Assembly: GCA_002070505.1 (NCBI GenBank)
Contig: MWDJ01000001.1
Location: 28,918 to 92,917 of the forward strand
Source of the DNA: Bacteroidetes bacterium ADurb.Bin145
GTDB lineage: Bacteria; Bacteroidota; Bacteroidia; Bacteroidales; VadinHA17
Direction: 5' to 3'
DNA length: 64,000 nt
Both the position numbers and the translations under genes were made by a program. The notes under the pieces are model-generated. The model searched no databases and had not been told where the DNA came from. It saw only the letters and a list, made by a program, of their open reading frames with translations. Each line of letters begins with the position of its first letter. Position 1 is the stretch's first letter. Shown here piece after piece: positions 58,484-64,000 of the stretch.

Positions 58484-59530
58484 ATGTTAGACATACAGGG
58501 TCTTATAACGAAATGTTATTATAAGTTTTTCGGAAATGAAGAGATAGAGATAGCTTCATTACCCAGATCAGGATCCGACCGGCAATACTTCAGGATAAAC
58601 TCCGGAAACAGGAATGTTATTGGTACCTATAATCCGGTCCGTGAGGAAAATGATGCTTTTGTGGGATTCACGAAGCACTTCAGGGAGGCAGGATTGAAAG
58701 TCCCTGAGATTTTCGGATACATGGAAAATGAGAACGTTTACTTCCAGCAGGATCTGGGGGATATTAATCTTTATACCTGGTTGAAAAGGAAACAGGGAGG
58801 TGATACTTTTGACCAGGAGACAAAACAAATTTATAATAAGGTACTGGATTCCCTTCTGTTGTTCCAGTCTAAAGGGATCAAAGATCTGGATCTGGGATTA
58901 TGTTATCCTCATAGGAGCTTTGACCGTCAGTCTATGATGTGGGATATGAACTATTTTAAGTACATGCTGCTTAAGTTATTAGCTATTCCATTTAATGAAC
59001 AGCTCCTTGAACATGATTTCATTTCACTTGCTGATTATCTTCTTCTGCCCGGTCAGGATTATTTCTTATACCGCGATTTCCAGACTGCCAACATAATGAT
59101 CGTTGACGGCGAACCATGGTTCATCGATTACCAGGGCGGTAGGAAAGGGGCCTCCCAGTATGATTTAGCTTCATTATTATATGATGCAAAAGTACAGATG
59201 CAGCCAGTTGACAGAGAATTATTCCTGAAATACTATATTGAGAATTTTTGTTCCGTGACAGGGGAGGAGAAGGATAAATTCAGGGAATATTACAATGGAT
59301 TCTGCATGATCCGTTTAATGCAGGCGCTGGGAGCATTTGGATTCAGGGGTTTGTATGAACATAAACCTACATTTACCGACAGTATTGTGCCCGGAGTCAG
59401 GCTTTTGATTGAAATCATCAATAAAACTGAAGATCATCTGAAATTGCCTGAATTATTCAGGACGATAAGATCAATCCCGGAATCCAGGGCTTACAGGGAT
59501 CTCAAGGAAGGATTAATCAAGGGAGACTGA
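58484..59530 (+). CDS. amgK: aminoglycoside-phosphotransferase-fold kinase, probable N-acetylmuramate/N-acetylglucosamine anomeric kinase
   Basis: APH-fold catalytic region LYRDFQTANIMI...FIDYQG. It is translationally coupled to a MurU-like nucleotidyltransferase (TGATG overlap at 59528..59532). Start chosen at MLDIQGL; the ORF-track start is 58430. Confidence 0.65.
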   Translation: MLDIQGLITKCYYKFFGNEEIEIASLPRSGSDRQYFRINSGNRNVIGTYNPVREENDAFVGFTKHFREAGLKVPEIFGYMENENVYFQQDLGDINLYTWLKRKQGGDTFDQETKQIYNKVLDSLLLFQSKGIKDLDLGLCYPHRSFDRQSMMWDMNYFKYMLLKLLAIPFNEQLLEHDFISLADYLLLPGQDYFLYRDFQTANIMIVDGEPWFIDYQGGRKGASQYDLASLLYDAKVQMQPVDRELFLKYYIENFCSVTGEEKDKFREYYNGFCMIRLMQALGAFGFRGLYEHKPTFTDSIVPGVRLLIEIINKTEDHLKLPELFRTIRSIPESRAYRDLKEGLIKGD

Positions 59531-60255
59531 TGAAAGCAATGATCATGGCAGCGGGCAAGGGGACAAGACTTGGAGAGATCTCCCATAAAATTCCTAAAGT
59601 CCTTCTGGATATAAATGGAAAGAGCTTACTCCACCGGGCTGTTGAGAAATGTTCTTCAGCCGGATTTGATGACATTATTATTAATGTTCATCATCTTGCT
59701 GATCAGGTTGAGGATGAAATCGGACAATTGAGAAAAGACGGATTCAGGATTACTGTCTCCGATGAGCGTGAGAAGCTCCTTGAGACAGGCGGAGGGCTAT
59801 TTAAAGCGAGGCATTTTTTTGACGATGATCCTTTTCTGCTTTATAACGCTGATATAATAACTGACTTTGACCTTATTAAACTATTTAATTATCATACTGA
59901 AAAAAAAGGCCTTGCAACCCTTGCTGTACGGCAGCGTGAGGGAGCAAGGTTTTTACTTGTTGATGAAAAGGGATTACTGAGAGGCTGGTGTAACAGATCG
60001 ACGGGAGAGAGAATAATTGCAGGAGGCATAGATGAAAATCTGACTGAAATTGCTTTTTCCAGTATGCATATAATTGAACCGGAAATATTCAAATATATGA
60101 CGGAAGGTGTTTACACAATGACAACGCTTTATCTTCAGCTTGCTGCTGAACATAAAATCTATACATACCGTGATGACACAGGATACTGGGCAAATGTCGG
60201 CACAATTGAAATTCTTGAAGAAGTAAGAAATCATTTATCAGCATCTGGCCTTTGA
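59530..60255 (+). CDS. murU: nucleotidyltransferase, probable N-acetylmuramate alpha-1-phosphate uridylyltransferase
   Basis: N-terminal MIMAAGKGTRLG NTP-transferase motif, about 240 aa, paired with the amgK-like kinase. Confidence 0.65.
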   Translation: MKAMIMAAGKGTRLGEISHKIPKVLLDINGKSLLHRAVEKCSSAGFDDIIINVHHLADQVEDEIGQLRKDGFRITVSDEREKLLETGGGLFKARHFFDDDPFLLYNADIITDFDLIKLFNYHTEKKGLATLAVRQREGARFLLVDEKGLLRGWCNRSTGERIIAGGIDENLTEIAFSSMHIIEPEIFKYMTEGVYTMTTLYLQLAAEHKIYTYRDDTGYWANVGTIEILEEVRNHLSASGL

Positions 60256-60263
60256 TCCGGAAT

Positions 60264-61709
60264 CTATAACCTCCAGAATGATTTTCCGAAAAGAATAAAA
60301 AGCGTTGTAATCTCAAGTCTTCCTATTATCATAAGAAAACTGAAGATCAATTTGCTGAATCCGTTCATATGGGCAAAAGTATACTTGGGGCCTATTGTAC
60401 CAAATCCCGGTCCTACATTTCCTAGTGAAGCTATTGTTGCACTTGCCGAAGATAATGGATCAGAGCCGGCAAAAGTTATCAGGATTGTTCCCAGAATAAA
60501 AATAAAGAGATATAGAACAACAAATGAGATTATTGAAATATTAGTTTTTTCAAGAATGGGGTTGCCATTGAGTTTAATCTGCGTAAAAGAACTCGGATGA
60601 ATGAGCTTTTTAAAAATTGCCTTTACATTTTTCAGCAAAATGAGATGTCGCGCCATCTTTATTCCTCCGGTAGTTGATCCTGTGCTTGCCCCGGCAAACA
60701 GGAGGAGGAATATTATAAGACTGGCTGAATGAGGCCAGTCCAGATAATCAGTAGTGGTGAATCCTGTTGTAGTTGTAATTGAAATAACCTGAAAGAACCC
60801 ATGTCTGAAGGCCTGCTCCCGGGATTCAGCGGTTCCTGTTGAAAGAATTGCAGACACTAATATACCGGAAACAAATATTACGGCTAAATAAAACCATAAT
60901 TCTTCATTACTGATAATCTTCCTGAATTTAAATTTGATCAGATAATAATAAATAACAAAACTCACTCCCGCCAGAAGCATAAACAGGGCAACTATATACT
61001 GAGAATAGGATGAAAATGCCATTAAACTTGCATTTTTTGTTGAAAAACCACCTGTAGCTACCGTCGCAAAGGTATGGCAGATGCTTTCAAACAGATTCAT
61101 ATCTCCCATGCTCAGCAATATTATTTCAGCAAAGGTAAGCCCCAGGTAAATAAACAAGAGCCGGATTCCAATAGCTTTTGTTTTTGGCATGATTTTCTCC
61201 TTAAGGGAGGATTCCATACTGAATAATTGCTGGGCAGTTATTTTTAGAGAAGGAAGTATTATGATCACCAGGACTATTATTCCCAGCCCGCCGACCCAAT
61301 GTGTCAGGCTTCTCCAGAACAGGATTGTATGAGGAAGTATCTCCACGTTTTTCATTATTGTGGAACCTGTTGTGGTGAATCCTGATGCGGATTCAAAAAA
61401 TGCATCAATGAAAGTATCAACAGTCCCGCTAAATAAAAATGGCAATGTCCCCAACGCAGATAATAATATCCATGACAGCGAGACCGAAAGAAAACCTTCA
61501 CGGCTGGTCAGCTTCGCAGCACCGGCTTTTCTTGATATTATATATAGAATTGCTGCAGTGGTGACTGAGATTATGGAAGACCAGACAAAGGGGTAAGGTG
61601 ACTCATTATATATATATGCAACCGGCAGACACAACAGGAATAATATTGCAGTAATGAAAAGGATTGTGCTGAAAATCCTCAGAACTACCAGTGGATTTAT
61701 AAATTTCAT
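60264..61709 (-). CDS. trkH: TrkH/KtrB-family potassium uptake protein
   Basis: 481 aa, polytopic, with repeated selectivity-filter-like TTTGF/ATGGFS/SGFTTTGS segments. Confidence 0.88.
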   Translation of the reverse strand: MKFINPLVVLRIFSTILFITAILFLLCLPVAYIYNESPYPFVWSSIISVTTAAILYIISRKAGAAKLTSREGFLSVSLSWILLSALGTLPFLFSGTVDTFIDAFFESASGFTTTGSTIMKNVEILPHTILFWRSLTHWVGGLGIIVLVIIILPSLKITAQQLFSMESSLKEKIMPKTKAIGIRLLFIYLGLTFAEIILLSMGDMNLFESICHTFATVATGGFSTKNASLMAFSSYSQYIVALFMLLAGVSFVIYYYLIKFKFRKIISNEELWFYLAVIFVSGILVSAILSTGTAESREQAFRHGFFQVISITTTTGFTTTDYLDWPHSASLIIFLLLFAGASTGSTTGGIKMARHLILLKNVKAIFKKLIHPSSFTQIKLNGNPILEKTNISIISFVVLYLFIFILGTILITFAGSDPLSSASATIASLGNVGPGFGTIGPKYTFAHMNGFSKLIFSFLMIIGRLEITTLFILFGKSFWRL

Positions 61710-61823
61710 ACTTGGTTCCGGAGATGCAAAGATATTCAGAAAAATCTTTTATCCTTGATTTCCTTAAAAACATCCTGAAAGTAATGTATGATAAAAATAT
61801 GTTGGATGGTCATTTTAATATTC

Positions 61824-61831
61824 TATATTTG
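61824..61831 (+). promoter_or_regulatory. candidate -7 promoter box (TATATTTG)
   Basis: Exact TAnnTTTG match 82 nt upstream of the 61913 ATG. Confidence 0.35.
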
Positions 61832-61912
61832 AAAAAGGTAATAAACATGTCATCTTAACTTTATAATTAATTAATATTGTTATAATTAGCAAGTTACTTA
61901 AAACTGATATCT

Positions 61913-63106
61913 ATGGGAAAAGTACTGGTAATCGGAGCTGGCGGTGTAGGAACTGTTGTGATCCATAAAATGGCCTCATTGCCCGAGGTTTTCGGCGAGA
62001 TAATGCTGGCAAGCAGGACTAAATCAAAATGTGATTCAATAGCAGCAAAAGTAGGTAAAGATAAGGTCAGGACCGAGCAAATTGATGCTGACAATGTGCC
62101 TGATCTGGTCAGGCTGATCAAATCATTCAAACCGGATATTGTTGTAAATGTGGCGCTTCCGTACCAGGATCTCAATATCATGGATGCATGTCTTGAGACA
62201 GGTGTATCATACCTTGATACAGCAAACTATGAACCTCTTGATGAGGCAAAATATGAATACAGCTGGCAATGGGCCTACAGGGAAAAATATAAAAAAGCAG
62301 GAATCACCGCAATCCTCGGCTGTGGATTTGATCCGGGAGTTACATCAATCTTTACTGCCTACGCAGCAAAACATCATTTTGATGAAATGCACTATCTTGA
62401 TATTGTAGACTGTAATGCCGGAGATCATGGAAAACCTTTTGCTACAAATTTCAATCCGGAGATCAATATACGTGAAGTGACACAGAAGGGCAGATACTGG
62501 GAAGACGGGAAATGGATCTATACAAAACCTCATGAGATCCATAAACCTTTGAACTATCCCAACATAGGTCCGAAGGAATCTTATCTTATCTACCATGAGG
62601 AACTGGAATCACTTGTTAAGAACTTCCCGACCTTGAAACGTGCAAGATTCTGGATGACATTCGGACAGGAATATCTGACACATCTCAGGGTGATACAGAA
62701 TATCGGAATGGCAGGCATTGAACCGGTAATGTTCGACGGACGTGAGATTGTGCCCATTAAGTTCCTGAAGGCTGTCCTTCCCGATCCGGGAGAACTTGGA
62801 GCCAATTATACAGGCTGGACCTCAATAGGATGCAGGATAAAAGGCCTTAAGAATGGAAAGGAAAAAACATACTATATTTATAATAATTGCAGCCACCAGG
62901 CAGCTTATGCAGAGACCGGTGCCCAGGCTGTTAGCTATACAACAGGAGTTCCTGCAGCAATAGGAGCAATGATGTACCTTAAAAATATCTGGAAGAAACC
63001 GGGGGTGTTCAATGTTGAGGAGTTTGATCCCGATCCTTTTATGGAACAACTGAATCTGCTGGGTTTACCATGGGTGGAGCTGCATGATGTGGACCTGGAG
63101 CTATAA
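61913..63106 (+). CDS. saccharopine-dehydrogenase-family carboxynorspermidine synthase (CANSDH)
   Basis: Rossmann motif VLVIGAGGVG, 397 aa, immediately upstream of a carboxynorspermidine decarboxylase gene. Confidence 0.85.
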   Translation: MGKVLVIGAGGVGTVVIHKMASLPEVFGEIMLASRTKSKCDSIAAKVGKDKVRTEQIDADNVPDLVRLIKSFKPDIVVNVALPYQDLNIMDACLETGVSYLDTANYEPLDEAKYEYSWQWAYREKYKKAGITAILGCGFDPGVTSIFTAYAAKHHFDEMHYLDIVDCNAGDHGKPFATNFNPEINIREVTQKGRYWEDGKWIYTKPHEIHKPLNYPNIGPKESYLIYHEELESLVKNFPTLKRARFWMTFGQEYLTHLRVIQNIGMAGIEPVMFDGREIVPIKFLKAVLPDPGELGANYTGWTSIGCRIKGLKNGKEKTYYIYNNCSHQAAYAETGAQAVSYTTGVPAAIGAMMYLKNIWKKPGVFNVEEFDPDPFMEQLNLLGLPWVELHDVDLEL

Positions 63107-63120
63107 AAGGTCTTAGGGCG

Positions 63121-63192
63121 GGCGTTAAGGCATTAAGGCATTAAGATGTAGACCTAATAACGCCGTAAAGCCGTAACGCTGTACTTAATTAT
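63121..63192. repeat. octamer array GGCGTTAA GGCATTAA GGCATTAA GATGTAGA CCTAATAA CGCCGTAA AGCCGTAA CGCTGTAC TTAATTAT
   Basis: Read directly. It occupies most of the 107-nt spacer between CANSDH and nspC. Confidence 0.75.
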
Positions 63193-63213
63193 AACCTTCA
63201 TATCCAAACTCAA

Positions 63214-64000
63214 TTGAACATAAAATACGACACACTTCCTTCTCCCTGTTATGTAATGGATGAACTGAGGTTCAGAAAGAACCTTGAAAAGATCAGACGG
63301 ACAGCTGATGATGCCGGGGTCGAGATCATCCTGGCATTCAAGGGATTTGCTATGTGGGGGGTATTTGATATTCTCAGGGAATACTTCTCCGGAGCTTCAG
63401 CAAGTTCGGTAAATGAGGCCCGGCTCTGTTTCGAAGAAGTAGGTTCGTATGCTCATACCTATTCGCCCGTATTCAGGGAAGGAGAGTTTGGAAGCATCAT
63501 GAAGTACAGCTCTCATGTCACTTTCAATTCTTTGTACCAGTATAAAAAGTATTCTGACAGATTAAAGAGATACAGGAGAAAAATATCTCCGGGTATAAGG
63601 ATCAATCCCGGATTTTCTGAAATAAGCCATGGTTTATATAATCCCTGTTCTCCGGGATCACGCCTGGGAGTAACAGCTGATGATCTCAGATCAGGGTTAC
63701 CTGAAGGTATTGAGGGGCTTCATTTCCATGTTCTGTTTGAATCAGACTCCTATGCTCTTGGGAAGATACTGAAGGTCGTCGAATCTGATTTCGGGCATCT
63801 CTTCAGCAGACTTAAATGGATCAATATGGGAGGCGGTCATCTGATAACCGGGAAAAATTATGATACTGACCATCTGATAAACCTGCTCAGAGATTTTAAG
63901 AAAAGGACAGGTTTGCATATTATCCTTGAACCGGGAAGCGCTTTTGCCTGGGAAACAGGTGAACTTGTGGCTACGGTAGAAGATATCGTTGTAAACACTG
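63214..64000 (+). CDS. nspC: carboxynorspermidine decarboxylase, N-terminal about 260 aa (runs off the right edge)
   Basis: Own translation: (L)NIKYDTLPSPCYVMDELRFRKNLEKI...ILAFKGFAMWG...INMGGGH...ILEPGSA. The conserved PSPCYVMDE precedes the first ATG (63256), so the TTG at 63214 is the only canonical start after the upstream TAA at 63175. Confidence 0.8.
   Translation, partial: MNIKYDTLPSPCYVMDELRFRKNLEKIRRTADDAGVEIILAFKGFAMWGVFDILREYFSGASASSVNEARLCFEEVGSYAHTYSPVFREGEFGSIMKYSSHVTFNSLYQYKKYSDRLKRYRRKISPGIRINPGFSEISHGLYNPCSPGSRLGVTADDLRSGLPEGIEGLHFHVLFESDSYALGKILKVVESDFGHLFSRLKWINMGGGHLITGKNYDTDHLINLLRDFKKRTGLHIILEPGSAFAWETGELVATVEDIVVNT

Noticed and set aside
1-64000. Search for mobile elements, prophage remnants, toxin-antitoxin pairs or defence islands
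   Set aside because: I saw no transposase, integrase, recombinase, phage structural, restriction-modification, Cas, Abi or TA-like ORFs. There are no long inverted or direct repeats flanking a gene block. The gene content and synteny are those of conserved core genome.

Overview
This 64-kb window is ordinary chromosomal core genome from a Bacteroidota-type organism, roughly 40% GC. Supporting this are TAnnTTTG -7 promoter boxes, DUF5063, a run of SurA/PpiD/OstA envelope genes, and many SpII lipoproteins. I call about 53 protein genes, two truncated by the window edges, and a tandem pair of tRNA-Leu genes. Housekeeping content includes recG, guaB, recQ, tex, mutS2, trmD, dapB, lepB, thrS-infC-rpmI-rplT and lysC-lysA. 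It also includes rocD, Na+-coupled transporters, trkH and the carboxynorspermidine (CANSDH/nspC) polyamine pathway. Accessory-looking content includes a peptidoglycan-recycling cluster (GH3 NagZ-like/beta-lactamase-fold fusion, amgK, murU). There is also an ECF sigma/anti-sigma/DUF4097 module flanked by an M28-PDZ peptidase, plus several secreted glycosidases and peptidases. I see no CRISPR array, transposase, integrase, prophage or recognisable defence island. Four things deserve a second look. (1) At least eight intergenic spacers consist of 7- or 8-nt-period tandem arrays whose units change stepwise; around the tRNA-Leu pair almost all non-tRNA sequence is of this type. (2) An otherwise intact Tat-signal glycosylasparaginase gene carries a single in-frame TGA upstream of its catalytic Thr. 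(3) infC appears to start at ATA behind a strong AAGGAGG, which is unusual for this phylum. (4) A structured leader ends in a terminator-like hairpin 17 nt upstream of lysC. All product calls come from reading the translations for motifs; no database search was possible.
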